In this document: in pieces, positions 13,015 to 25,637 of the stretch
Position numbering within the stretch: the stretch's first letter is position 1
Layout of the letters: each line of letters opens with the position of its first letter
Source of the DNA: Laetmonice hystrix
Taxonomy: Eukaryota
Length of the DNA stretch: 64,000 nucleotides
NCBI GenBank assembly: GCA_965235115.1
Contig: OZ249436.1
Coordinates: 22,260,001-22,324,000 of the forward strand
Direction: 5' to 3'
Notes under the pieces: generated by a model
Databases searched by the model: none
Seen by the model: the letters and a program-made list of their open reading frames with translations, nothing else
Told to the model about the DNA's origin: nothing
Made by a program: the position numbers and the translations under genes

Positions 13015-16000
13015 TGGTGCTGGTGGGATGGGAGTGGTGACTTGGTGGATGGGTCCGGTGTTGATGGGATGGGAGTGGTGACTTGGTGGTGGATGGATTC
13101 GGTGTTGATGGGATGGGAGGGGAGTGGTGACTTGGTGGTGGATGGGTTCGGTGTTGATGGGATGGGAGGGGAGTGGTGACTTGGTGGTGGATGGGTTCGG
13201 TGTTGATGGGATGGGAGGGGAGTGGTGACTTGGTGGTGGATGGGTTCGCTGTTGGTGGGATGGAAGGGGAGTGGTGACTTGGTGGTGGATGGGTCCGGTG
13301 TTGATGGGATGGGAGGGGAGTGGTGACTTGGTGGATGGGTTCGGTGTTGGTGGGATGGGATGGGAGTGGTGACTTGGTGGATGGGTTCGGTGTTGGTGGG
13401 ATGGGAGGGGAGTGGTGACTTGGTGGATGGGTTCGGTGTTGGTGGGATGGGAGGGGAGTGGTGACTTGGTTATGGTTCGGTGTTGGTGGGATGGGAGGGG
13501 AGTGGTGACTTGGTGGTGGATGGGTTCGGTGTTGATGGGATGGGAGGGGAGTGGTGACTTGGTGGTGGATGGGTTCGCTGTTGGTGGGATGGAAGGGGAG
13601 TGGTGACTTGGTGGTGGATGGGTCCGGTGTTGATGGGATGGGAGGGGAGTGGTGACTTGGTGGTGGATGGGTCCGGTGTTGGTGGGATGGGAGGGGAGTG
13701 GTGACTTGGTGGTGGATGGGTTCGGTGTTGGTGGGATGGGAGGGGAGTGGTGACTTGGTGGTGGATGGGTCCGGTGTTGATGGGATGGGAGGGGAGTGGT
13801 GACTTGGTGGTGGATGGGTCCGGTGTTGATGGGATGGGAGGGGAGTGGTGACTTGGTGGTGGATGGGTTCGGTGTGGTTGGGAGGGGAGTGGTGACTTGG
13901 TGGTGGATGGGTTCGGTGTTGATGGGATGGGAGGGGAGTGGTGACTTGGTGGTGGATGGGTTTGGTGTTGGTGAGATGGGAGGGGAGTGGTGACTTGGTG
14001 GTGGATGGGTCCGGTGTTGATGGGATGGGAGGGGAGTGGTGACTTGGTGGTGGATGGGTCCGGTGTTGGTGGGAGGGGAGTGGTGACTTGGTGGATGGGT
14101 TCGGTGTTGGTGGGATGGGAGGGGAGTGGTGACTTGGTGGATGGGTCCGGTGTTGGTGGGATGGGAGGGGAGTGGTGACTTGGTGGATGGGTTCGGTGTT
14201 GATGGGATGGGAGGGGAGTGGTGACTTGGTGGTGCATGGGTTCGGTGTTGGTGGGATGGGAGGGGAGTGGTGACTTGGTGGATGGGCTCGGTGTTAGTGG
14301 GATGGGAGGGGAGTGGTGACTTGGTGGTGGATGGGTTCGGTGTTGGTGGGATGGGATGGGAGTGGTGACTTGGTGGTGGATGGGTCCGGTGTTGATGGGA
14401 TGGGAGGGGAGTGGTGACTTGGTGGTGGATGGGTTCGGTGTTGGTGGGAGGGAAGTGGTGACTTGGTGGTGGATGGGTTCGGTGTTGATGGGATGGGAGG
14501 GGAGTGGTGACTTGGTGGTGGATGGGTTCGGTGTTGGTGGGAGGGGAGTGGTGACTTGGTGGTGGATGGGTTCGGTGTTGATGGGATGGGAGGGGAGTGG
14601 TGACTTGGTGGTGGATGGGTCCGGTGTTGTTGGGAGGGGAGTGGTGACTTGGTGGATGGGTTCGGTGTTGGTGGGATGGGAGGGGAGTGGTGACTTGGTG
14701 GATGGGTCCGGTGTTGGTGGGATGGGAGGGGAGTGGTGACTTGGTGGATGGGTTCGGTGTTGATGGGGTGGGAGGGGAGTGGTGACTTGGTGGTGCATGG
14801 GTTCGGTGTTGGTGGGAGGGGAGTGGTGACTTGGTGGATGGGTTCGGTGTTGGTGGGATGGGATGGGAGTGGTGACTTGGTGGTGGATGGGTCCGGTGTT
14901 GATGGGATGGGAGGGGAGTGGTGACTTGGTGGTGGATGGGTTCGGTGTTGGTGGGAGGGAAGTGGTGACTTGGTGGTGGATGGGTTCGGTGTTGATGGGA
15001 TGGGAGGGGAGTGGTGACTTGGTGGTGGATGGGTTCGGTGTTGGTGGGAGGGGAGTGGTGACTTGGTGGTGGATGGGTTCGGTGTTGATGGGATGGGAGG
15101 GGAGTGGTGACTTGGTGGTGGATGGGTCCGGTGTTGTTGGGAGGGGAGTGGTGACTTGGTGGATGGGTTCGGTGTTGGTGGGATGGGAGGGGAGTGGTGA
15201 CTTGGTGGATGGGTCCGGTGTTGGTGGGATGGGAGGGGAGTGGTGACTTGGTGGATGGGTTCGGTGTTGATGGGGTGGGAGGGGAGTGGTGACTTGGTGG
15301 TGCATGGGTTCGGTGTTGGTGGGATGGGAGGGGAGTGGTGACTTGGTGGTGGATGGGTTCGGTGTTGGTGGGATGGGAGGGGAGTGGTGACTTGGTGGTG
15401 GATGGGTCCGGTGTTGGTGGGATGGGAGGGGAGTGGTGACTTGGTGGTGGATGGGTTCGGTGTTGGTGGGATGGGAGGGGAGTGGTGACTTGGTGGTGGA
15501 TGGGTCCGGTGTTGGTGGGATGGGAGGGGAGTGGTGACTTGGTGGTGGATGGGTTCGGTGTTGGTGGGATGGGAGTGGTGACTTGGTGGTGGATGGGTTC
15601 GGTGTTGGTGGGATGGGAGTGGTGACTTGGTGGTGGGTGGGTTCGGTGTTGATGGGATGGGAGGGGAGTGGTGACTTGGTGGTGGATGCATGGGTTCGGT
15701 GTTGGTGGGATGGGAGGGGAGTGGTGACTTGGTGGTGGATGGGTCCGGTGTTGATGGGATGGGAGGGGAGTGGTGACTTGGTGGTGGATGGGTTCGGTGT
15801 TGGTGGGAGGGGAGTGGTGACTTGGTGGTGGATGGGTTCGGTGTTGGTGGGAGGGGAGTGGTGACTTGGTGGTGGATGGGTTCGGTGTTGATGGGATGGG
15901 AGGGGAGTGGTGACTTGGTGGTGGATGGGTTCGGTGTTGGTGGGAGGGGAGTGGTGACTTGGTGGTGGATGGGTCCGGTGTTGGTGGGAGGGGAGGGGAG

Positions 16001-18040
16001 TGGTGACTTGGTGGTGGATGGGTTCGGTGTTGGTGGGATGGGAGTGGTGACTTGGTGGTGGATGGGTTCGGTGTTGGTGGGATGGGAGTGGTGACTTGGT
16101 GGTGGGTGGGTTCGGTGTTGATGGGATGGGAGGGGAGTGGTGACTTGGTGGTGGATGCATGGGTTCGGTGTTGGTGGGATGGGAGGGGAGTGGTGACTTG
16201 GTGGTGGATGGGTCCGGTGTTGATGGGATGGGAGGGGAGTGGTGACTTGGTGGTGGATGGGTTCGGTGTTGGTGGGAGGGGAGTGGTTACTTGGTGGTGG
16301 ATGGGTTCGGTGTTGGTGGGAGGGGAGTGGTGACTTGGTGGTGGATGGGTTCGGTGTTGATGGGATGGGAGGGGAGTGGTGACTTGGTGGTGGATGGGTT
16401 CGGTGTTGGTGGGAGGGGAGTGGTGACTTGGTGGTGGATGGGTCCGGTGTTGGTGGGAGGGGAGTGGTGACTTGGTGGATGGGTTCGGTGTTGGTGGGAT
16501 GGGAGGGGAGTGGTGACTTGGTGGATGGGTCCGGTGTTGGTGGGATGGGAGGGGAGTGGTGACTTGGTGGATGGGTTCGGTGTTGATGGGATGGGAGGGG
16601 AGTGGTGACTTGGTGGTGCATGGGTTCGGTGTTGGTGGGATGGGAGGGGAGTGGTGACTTGGTGGTGGATGGGTTCGGTGTTGATGGGATGGGAGGGGAG
16701 TGGTGACTTGGTGGTGGATGGGTTCGATGTTGGTGGGATGGGAGGGGAGTGGTGACTTGGTGGTGGATGGGTCCGGTGTTGATGGGATGGGAGGGGAGTG
16801 GTGACTTGGTGGTGGATGGGTCCGGTGTTGGTGGGATGGGAGTGGTGACTTGGTGGTGGATGGGTTCGATGTTGGTGGGATGGGATGGGAGTGGTGACTT
16901 GGTGGTGGATGGGTTCTGTGTTGGTGGGATGGGATGGGAGTGGTGACTTGGTGGATGGGTTCGGTGTTGATGGGATGGGATGGGAGTGGTGACTTGGTGG
17001 TGGATGGGTTCGGTGTTGGTGGGATGGGAGGGGAGTGGTGACTTGGTGGTGGATGGGTTCGGTGTTGGTGGGATGGGAGGGGAGTGGTGACTTGGTGGAT
17101 GGGTTCGGTGTTGGTGGGATGGGAGGGGAGTGGTGACTTGGTGGTGGATGGGTCCGGTGTTGATGGGATGGGAGGGGAGTGGTGACTTGGTGGTGGATGG
17201 GTCCGGTGTTGGTGGGATGGGAGGGGAGTGGTGACTTGGTGGTGGATGGGTTCGGTGTTGGTGAGATGGGAGGGGAGTGGTGACTTGCTGGTGGATGGGT
17301 CCGGTGTTGGTGGGATGGGAGGGGAGTGGTGACTTGGTGGTGGATGGGTTCGGTGTTGGTGGGAGGGGAGGGGAGTGGTGACTTGGTGGTGGATGGGTTC
17401 GGTGTTGGTGGGAGGGGAGTGGTGACTTGGTGGTGGATGGGTTCTGTGTTGGTGGGATGGGAGGGGAGTGGTGACTTGGTGGTGGATGGGTCCGGTGTTG
17501 ATGGGATGGGATGGGAGTGGTGACTTGGTGGTGCATGGGTTCGGTGTTGGTGAGATGGGAGGGGAGTGGTGACTTGGTGGTGGATGGGTCCGGTGTTGGT
17601 GGGATGGGAGGGGAGTGGTGACTTGGTGGTGGATGGGTTCGGTGTTGGTGGGATGGGAGGGGAGTGGTGACTTGGTGGTGGATGGGTCCGGTGTTGGTGG
17701 GATGGGAGGGGAGTGGTGACTTGGTGGTGGATGGGTTCGGTGTTGATGGGATGGGAGGGGAGTGGTGACTTGGTGGTGGATGGGTCCGGTGTTGGTGGGA
17801 TGGGAGGGGAGTGGTGACTTGGTGGTGGATGGGTTCGGTGTTGGTGAGATGGGAGGGGAGTGGTGACTTGGTGGTGGATGGGTCCGGTGTTGGTGGGATG
17901 GGAGGGGAGTGGTGACTTGGTGGTGGATGGGTTCGGTGTTGGTGAGATGGGAGGGGAGTGGTGACTTGGTGGTGCATGGGTTCGGTGTTGGTGGGATGGG
18001 AGGGGAGTGGTGACTTGGTGGATGGGTTCGGTGTTGGTGA
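13015..18040. repeat. Large G-rich minisatellite, 49-bp unit (46/44/41-bp variants), >100 copies
   Basis: GGGAGGGGAGTGGTGACTTGGTGGTGGATGGGTTCGGTGTTGGTGGGAT; the 896- and 1227-aa P/H/T/S ORFs are translations of it. Confidence 0.98.
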
Positions 18041-20036
18041 CTTGTTGGTGAATTATATCATTTCAAATAAGCTCTTGGTGATTTTTTTCCACGCATTCCA
18101 GGATTTTTCCATTTCAATGGTTCAATATTTCAAACAATTTCAAAGAAACCTAGATTATTTCAGAAACGTCAGAGATCACCCATTTCAGATAGGCCAAAGC
18201 TTTTATTTTTAACTTCAAACAATTTTCTGATAACTCCTTGGGCTCCTGTCCCTGACCTCCAGTCACTGTGACCTCAGACGCGACGAGAACCGACAACTTT
18301 AATCAGACATTCTCGGAACCAACTGAGGAGTTGCAGGTTGACAACTATATAGGACCACAAACAGCGTCCATCTGATGGGTATACAACTTTGCCTTGTTTC
18401 GGTAACACCTCATTGTCTGTTGCATGACAAAGAGTCATACGTAAGTCTAGCCCCTAGGAGGGGTCTGGAGGGGGTGTCAGCGAGGCTGGAGGGTTGGGGG
18501 TACAACCCTAGCCTCACCCCTGGATCCCGGCAACCCGTCACCCCCTTACCCCTACTCCCACCTTCACATGGTGGCTTTGGTCCAACACGCAAGCCGACCA
18601 CTACAGATGGGGTGGTTGCATGGAGTAGGAAGTGGATGTGTAAAGATCTATTTGTTGTTCTCATGTCTGTTGTACACTTGCCCCTCCTCCCCCCGACACG
18701 CTTGGCGGCAGACTGTCACAGACCGACACTGTCTTTACCTGTAACATGATGAGTAGAGTGTCTTTCATCTGGTAACGTGTTATAATCTCACCTCTACCTA
18801 ACATACACTCGGCTATCACGCACGATCTATGATCGGAGATCTCAGGTCGAACTGATCATGCTATCAAACATCGAGTGGACCATCAAAGGTACACACACGA
18901 CCAGAGATCTTCTGTTTGTCTGCCATGGGTGCTGGAACTTCAGAGGGTGCTGCTGTGCCTTACCCCCCCCCCCCCCCCCACCTCCTCTCCGTGCGGGCCA
19001 CCCCTCCACCGGTCCGCCTGCGGGGCACACCACCTCCCGCCGCACGTGACAAAGGACCCACCTTGTGAAACCCCCGCCGGCCAGTATCTGCGGCCCATCT
19101 CGTCAACAATGGCGCCAGGCTCAGTGTCTTTGAGCGCCACTCCCCCTTGGGCACAGTCTGGGGCTGCGGCTGCTGCTGCTGCTACTCCTTGCCTTCCCTG
19201 CCATCGATCCATGAGACACCCAACATGCCCCACCCCCCGCATCTGCCTCACAATGTGAGTTATACAGTCTCTGCCTTATATACTCGGAGCTCTCATAGAC
19301 ATGACTGACTTCTCTTTGTGATCAGGTCATTACCTGCAATCAGGGATAACTCGAGCGGTCCCTGAGACTCTCACAATTCTCCCCCGGTATTCATCATTGT
19401 AACCTACAGCACCAGCATCCTTGGCGCTGCTCTTCCCCCATTAAGTGTTACATGACTTCGAGAAGACAACCTCCCGGGTCCCAAAGTCACCATCATGTTG
19501 TGACAATGAAATCGAATGAAGAACAGTTTCTGTGCCGTTCAGCTGCACACAGCTCTTTGTGTGAACCACTTTAAACAGGACGGGTGTTCCTCTCCAAGCT
19601 CAGCCCTGCTGTACTTGCCATGCATTCATCCACCCTCGAGCAGTATTCCATGGCCCCTACCTTTGAAGTTACTACAAATAGTTGGTGAATTTTTTGAAGC
19701 GAACTAGAGAAGATGAAAAGAGTACCTCTGGGCTAGTAGCGGCTGACACGGTTAAAGCACCACCTCGCCTGCCCTGGTACGTTGTGGAGGTGACGGGTAT
19801 TACATTGGCATGGAGACAACAACATGACGGATGTCATGTTATTGGTGTAAGCGTCAGGGCGTCCAGGGTTTCATTAAAGAACAAAAGTTGAGTTAAGGGG
19901 CCCTTTATACCCCCAGCCTCTCCATCATCGGAGCGGGCGTCACTGGCCGCGCGACGTGTCAGAATAAAACTGTTCAATCTATCACCTCCAATGTTTCTTG
20001 GCACCCCGTCTTCAAAAGCGCCTAGGCATTAAAAGC

Positions 20037-20190
20037 TAATCACATTTCCTGGAGTTGTGTAATGCCTAATAAGAAGTGATGTGCCGTGACTGCACCGAGT
20101 CTTTCTGGGCTTGTCAAAAACTCGCCATCACTGTGCGCCATCTCTCAGCACCCTACCTATCCCTCTCATCACTTCCAGGAAATGTGATTA
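20037..20190. mobile_element. Small inverted-repeat element, unclassified
   Basis: Perfect 17-bp IR TAATCACATTTCCTGGA (20037-20053) / TCCAGGAAATGTGATTA (20174-20190). Confidence 0.5.
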
Positions 20191-21499
20191 TCCCGGGTCT
20201 TTATGCCGTGCAGCTTCCCTTTAATGGGGATCTGATCGGGTAATCCGGCGGCGCCATTCTCCTCCTCCTGTGACCATCCACTGTAGCTGCTCCAGGCTTG
20301 ATCCCAGATCACGGGAGCATGGCCATGGCTAAGGCTGAGCGCCTACTCTAAGCCCAGCTCCCCGCCAACAGTCCCTAACCCAGTGGTCCCCGCCACCTCT
20401 ATCGTCTCTGACTGGGGTTTAGTGGGGGTACTACCCTGAACCAGTGAGATACCACCGTGATCAGGGAAATGGGGGCCAGGAGTGGGGGTGGCTTGAGGGT
20501 CGGCGTAGAATCCCGTCTTGGCTACCGTGATTGATGCGTGGTTGGTGCATGCCTCGCAGACCTTCGCCTTGCATGGGACGTTAATTGGCCAGATGACATG
20601 TGGATAAGCATCATGAAAAAAAGTCCTGATTTCTGCTAGCCATGCACATGGAAGTGGGCCCTATGTACACAGCCTGTGGCTGATCGGGTGGAAGACGGTG
20701 CCCTTGGGACGGCAGAGGGGGTAGGGGTGGGCAGTGGTACATTGTTCGCCAAACTATAGCAAGGGACAGGCGACTATCAATATTGATGAGCTTGTTTGTA
20801 AACGAGCCGATCAAGTCATTCCTAATCAGGTAATGTCATGAACAACATTGTTCCAAACCTGTAATTAATCACAATGTCCCGTTTTTTTAACATCCTAGAC
20901 AGTACCGATTAATTACACCCATACCGTGTCAGAAAGAATACTGATAGGGGAGGTTTTTAAGAAGATTGACCCCAAAAAAACCGGGGGGGGGGGCACATAA
21001 TAGTCATTGGCAGTCAACAATGTTCAGATTTTCCCTTCATTTTTTCCTGTATATTTTCAGTCTTTGGTGATTTGCTAACAGAGATTTGAAATCTGGCAGG
21101 AAATCTTTCCGTTGATTCCTGGCATATGCCTGCTATTAGGCTGCTGGTGTTGGTGCCATGCCCCGAGGCTGTGTGTGGGCCGCTGTGGCCGTGATCCGGC
21201 CCGCCCTCCTCGGACACACGTTGTCCGCCGGCCGGCCGCCGGCCGCCCGCCACGGTCCGCCTACGTGAGGTGTCTTGCAGTCAGACTCTGTGCTAAACCT
21301 TTCAATCCTCATTCCCCCTTTCAAACGGAGTCCGTTTTGTCGCCCAACAACGACGGTGATAACCCGTTCATAAGAGCGGGTACGAACTCTTTTGTTTGGC
21401 GGGAGTCAAACAGTGACTGCCTCGAGCTGTGGAGGGAGATGGCCCGGAGGAGGCGCTCTCTCTGTGACCGGTCGAAAACACGCAACACGACACCGACGG

Positions 21500-22005
21500 T
21501 GACGTGACCCATACTTGTTCCGTCCGGCGATGACGTCACCATCTCGTCCGTAACATTTCATGACGTCAGAATATACGTCACATACGGTGAGGTCATGCTC
21601 TAAGAGGTCGCCGCTTTGGGACCAATCGATGATAGTACTTCAAATCAGTCCCTATTCAGATATCTTTCGGTCTGAAGATATTTTCTGTACGAATAGTTTC
21701 TCATATAAAGGCCTTTTTACATGTGTGGTTTACGCTTCGGCACAGCAGTCTGTGGGTCCACTTCGGCAAGTCATGGCGAGTGAGCGTACCCATGAAGCGT
21801 ACCCATGAAGGTGTATTCCGGTCACTGGAGCGTAGACTAGTGGCATAGCCCGTTACGTAATCCGTAACTGGGTCATAATCTTCCCATGTTGTCCGCTAAC
21901 CAGTGTGCAGTTTGGAAAACAGAACCGAAACTTGTGCCGGTGTGACAGTGACGTCGGAACAAGCTGTCCGTCATGGAACGTCTCGACAAAATAAAATGAC
22001 ATCAC
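21500..22005. promoter_or_regulatory. Cluster of CRE/bZIP-type motifs (putative enhancer)
   Basis: Full TGACGTCA at 21531 and 21561, half or near sites at ~21500, ~21574, ~21950 and ~21997, TTACGTAA at ~21853; CpG-rich context. Confidence 0.35.
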
Positions 22006-22405
22006 AGTGGGGGATCCTGGGGCGGGTTGCACTAACGGTCCTACGGGTTAGGACTGAATTTAGGACCAGTCCTACTGAGGGTCATGCCCCCCAGGCACTT
22101 CATATCTATCTGCGTTTCAATAGCCCTTGAGATAGGCCTATAGATAGGCCTATAGACGAATTATATTTAAATTATGGATATTGGCCCCTGCTGAATGTAG
22201 GACTGGTCCTAAATTCAGTCCTAACCCGTAGGACCGTTAGTGCAACCCACCCCTGGATTTTGATGAGGGGGTGGGCACCTACAGAGTTTGTTAGCGCTCA
22301 GTACGCTCGGCATGATTTGATTGTGACTGTACTAATGCATCTTCTTAAAAGAAAGAGGAAAATCTAAGGCGGGCCCGGACCCCCCGGCCCTCCTGGATCC
22401 CCAAG
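22005..22405. mobile_element. Older degenerate MITE (hAT-like CAG..GGATCC termini) interrupted by the Harbinger-type MITE
   Basis: Removing 22020-22255 restores CAGTGGGGGATCCTGGATTTTGATGAGGGGG...; the right end TCCTGGATCCCCAAG is its approximate reverse complement. No 8-bp TSD recovered. Confidence 0.45.
22020..22252. mobile_element. PIF/Harbinger-type MITE (233 bp) with ~56-bp TIRs and CTG TSD
   Basis: GGGCGGGTTGCACTAACGGTCCTACGGGTTAGGACTGAATTTAGGACCAGTCCTAC and its reverse complement (1 mismatch) at ~22197-22252; CTG at 22017-22019 and 22253-22255. Confidence 0.85.
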
Positions 22406-24133
22406 TCAAATAAATTACATCCAGTCGGTCACCAGTGGTCACAGTCTCCGTGACGTTCAGATCCCCTGGATAGACCCATGTAGTGTATGATGACCCCAGT
22501 GTCCAGGCTGCCATGGGTCACGCTGGTATATGAACCACATGCACTCCTTTAACTGTGACGTCACAGCGTTGGGCCAGTGTCAACACTTTACCTAAACAAT
22601 AGATGACATTGCTCATATTTAACATAGCAAGGCCTAGTACTACAATGGTGCTGGTAGACTGTGACGACAACCATCCACCAACGACGTCCCCCTGACAGCC
22701 TTTTTCATGTTGCCGGTGATCGCCATGGACAGACAGCACAGCCTAAATTAATCAGCATTACATTACCCAGCCCAGACTCGGCCATCCTCTCTTGATACGT
22801 TTAAACTATTTAACCCCTTTCTATCCGACTGCCATTGACCACATTCAACTGTGTCGACAATCTAGGAAGGTCAAGGCCACCTTGTAGAGGGCGTTGTAGT
22901 CGTGCCGTGCCGTGCCGTGCCGCTATCACAAACAGCGCCGCCCGTGTGTGTGTACCTCAGGCAGTGTTCACTGACCACACGCCGCCCCTCGGTCCACTGC
23001 CTTTGTCCACGTTTGCTGTGAATCATAACACCCGTAGAACCCCATGTTACTGCGAGTCCATCAAGAAAATTACTTTCTCAGCTTGGTCCCTCGGTCAGTG
23101 CGCTTGGCAGCGCTCATTGCCCGCCGAGCCTATCCCTTTCATCTGCTTCGACGCCATTTCATCAGCGCCGTTTTCGTTGGTAATATTAATATTCTCCAAT
23201 CTGGTCATGCGCATTCCTCATCGCCTCCATGCCGAAATCTATGTTGATTTCGGCACATCATTAAATCAGGCTTGGTCCCGAGAACTTTCCTTATGCCATT
23301 TAGTAAATTAGACGGAGGTGGCGGTGGGAAGCGGGGCTGTGCGGCAATGGTCAAGTGTGGTCAGTGGTTCACCGCCGACACTGTCTGGCAGGCCACGCGA
23401 CACTGAGCCCATAGAATTATGGCCACCCGTGGAGCAAGTGAGGAACCATGTCATTGTTTTATAGGCAGATCTACGGCTAATGATAAAGTCATCTCTTGTC
23501 AGTGCAATGCTTTTAGCGGCCAGATCCGTCATTGTTGCGGGAGAGTCGATCGTCCTCGCAGAATCAGCAAGTAGCTCGACTGGGAGGTGAAGGATTCATC
23601 TCACGCTCAGCAAAACGTCAGCCTCCCCTCGGCACCCAGAGTACACCCATCGACATCATTCAAACCGACTACTTGCAAAAACACCGCCATACTAAATTCA
23701 TCAGCACTAATTTACGGTGTGTGAAAGTAAATTCATTTTATTATGCCTCCACTGCATCATTTTCCACTGTTAACCGTATCACAATTACTACAAGGATGAA
23801 AATGAGATTCCAAAAACTCGGGCCTCTCCATCTCAGTCATTTCCTTTATCACTCCCAACCAATTCACATCGCGCTTATTTTACACAAATATGTTAAATAC
23901 AAACGCTTACAATTTCAATTCTAGAAAGTTGAGCAGCAAAAAAAATACAGACGCGCTGAGACTGTTTTGAATCATATCGTCTTAATTCTTACAAAACTAT
24001 TTTTATATCCTGTCAACTTAATTTTACCGACGACAATCGGCACACAGCTTTATAAGCAAGGTTACTAATCCCTTATAACTGGTATCACTAGGAGTGTGGT
24101 GGATTGGGCGGGTGAGGGGAGTTAGGCTGTCCA

Positions 24134-24640
24134 ACCCCGCGTTCACATTGGAGGCTTGTCCCGACGCCTACCCGCTGTTTCGGGTGAGCCACCTGTATAT
24201 GAACGCAATCATCCGACATAAATTATGTCGCGTAAGCCCCCGAGTTACATCGGGTAAATTGGGGGCATAGCTATGTCGGTAGACTACTTACGTCGGGTAA
24301 CTTCAATCTGAACGCTCGCTTGCCGACATAGTGTACCATAGTGCACCAGGCGGCGCTGGTGCATTGATGCCGCCATGAGATGCGTTTCTCGGTACCAAAC
24401 CTTTGGCCAGGTCTCACTACTTGATGAGGTCTACTGGGAAGTTGACTTTACCCATTTTTTTGTTAAAACGGCAGCTTGACCGTCTCCGACGCCACCTAGT
24501 GGCTGTTCTGGGGTGATTCGCTTCTCGACATGCTCTAGTGGATATGGACTTTAGTGCGGGTCGCTCAATATGAACGCGAGCAGCCGTAAGATCATATCAG
24601 ATGTGCCGGAAAGTTTTGCTCCGGACGAGCAGTGTGAACC
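24134..24640. mobile_element. Degenerate Harbinger-like non-autonomous element
   Basis: CCCCGCGTTCACATTG at left; several inverted TGAACGC/TGTGAAC motifs internally and at ~24566-24580 and ~24630-24640; many CCGAC/GTCGG motifs. Right end and TSD are uncertain. Confidence 0.45.
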
Positions 24641-24707
24641 TCACCCAACTCGAGTCACGGTGAGACCGACCAGCTGACACATATTGACGATCGTGTCGCC
24701 ACGGTCC

Positions 24708-25637
24708 ACTGTAACACGTACACCCAGTAACAGGCACCACTGTAACGCTGTCTATCGGTAACAGGCACCGCTGTAACACAGTATATAGATAACAGGCACC
24801 ACTGTAACACTGTCTATCGGTAACAGGCACCACTGTAACACAGTATATCAATAACAGGCACCACTGTAACACTGTCTATCGGTAACAGGCACCACTGTAA
24901 CAGGGTCTATCGGTAACAGGCACCACTGTAACACAGTATATCAATAACAGGCACCATGTAACACGGTCTATCGGTAACAGGCACCACTGTAACACGGTCT
25001 ATCGGTAACAGGCACCACTGTAACACGGTCTATCAGTAACAGGCACCACTGTAACACGGTCTATCGGTAACAGGCACCACTGTAACACAGTATATCAATA
25101 ACAGGCACCATGTAACACGGTCTATCAGTAACAGGCACCACTGTAACTGGGTCTATCGGTAACAGGCACCACTGTAACACAGTATATCAATAACAGGCCC
25201 CATGTAACACGGTCTATCAGTGACAGGCACCACTGTAACACAGTATATCAGTAGCAGGCACCACTGTAACACAGTATATCAGTAACAGGCACCACTGTAA
25301 CACGGTCTATCAGTAACAGGCACCACTGTAACAGGGTCTATCAGTAAGAGGCATCACTGTAACACGTTCTCTCAGTAGCAGGCACCACTATAACAGTCTA
25401 TCAGTAACAGGCACCACTGTAACACGGTCTATCGGTAACAGGCATCACTGTAACAGTCTATCCATAACAGGCATCACTGTAACACGGTATATCAGCAGTC
25501 GTCTGTACTGTAACGCGGTCTTTCTTAGCAAACCACCACAACAACACGGTCTATCAGTAACCGGCACCACTGTAACACGGTAACACGGTCTATCAGTAAC
25601 CGACACCACTGTAACACGGTCTATCAGTAACAGGCAC
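24708..25637. repeat. Minisatellite, ~31-bp unit, ~30 diverged copies
   Basis: AACAGGCACCACTGTAACACGGTCTATCGGT, with an interspersed variant carrying ACAGTATATCAAT. Confidence 0.95.

Noticed and set aside
13470..17977. 896- and 1227-aa Pro/His/Thr-rich ORFs (extensin- or mucin-like)
   Set aside because: They are translations of a C-rich repeat strand lacking stops; unit lengths shift frame freely and the same peptides occur in all frames.
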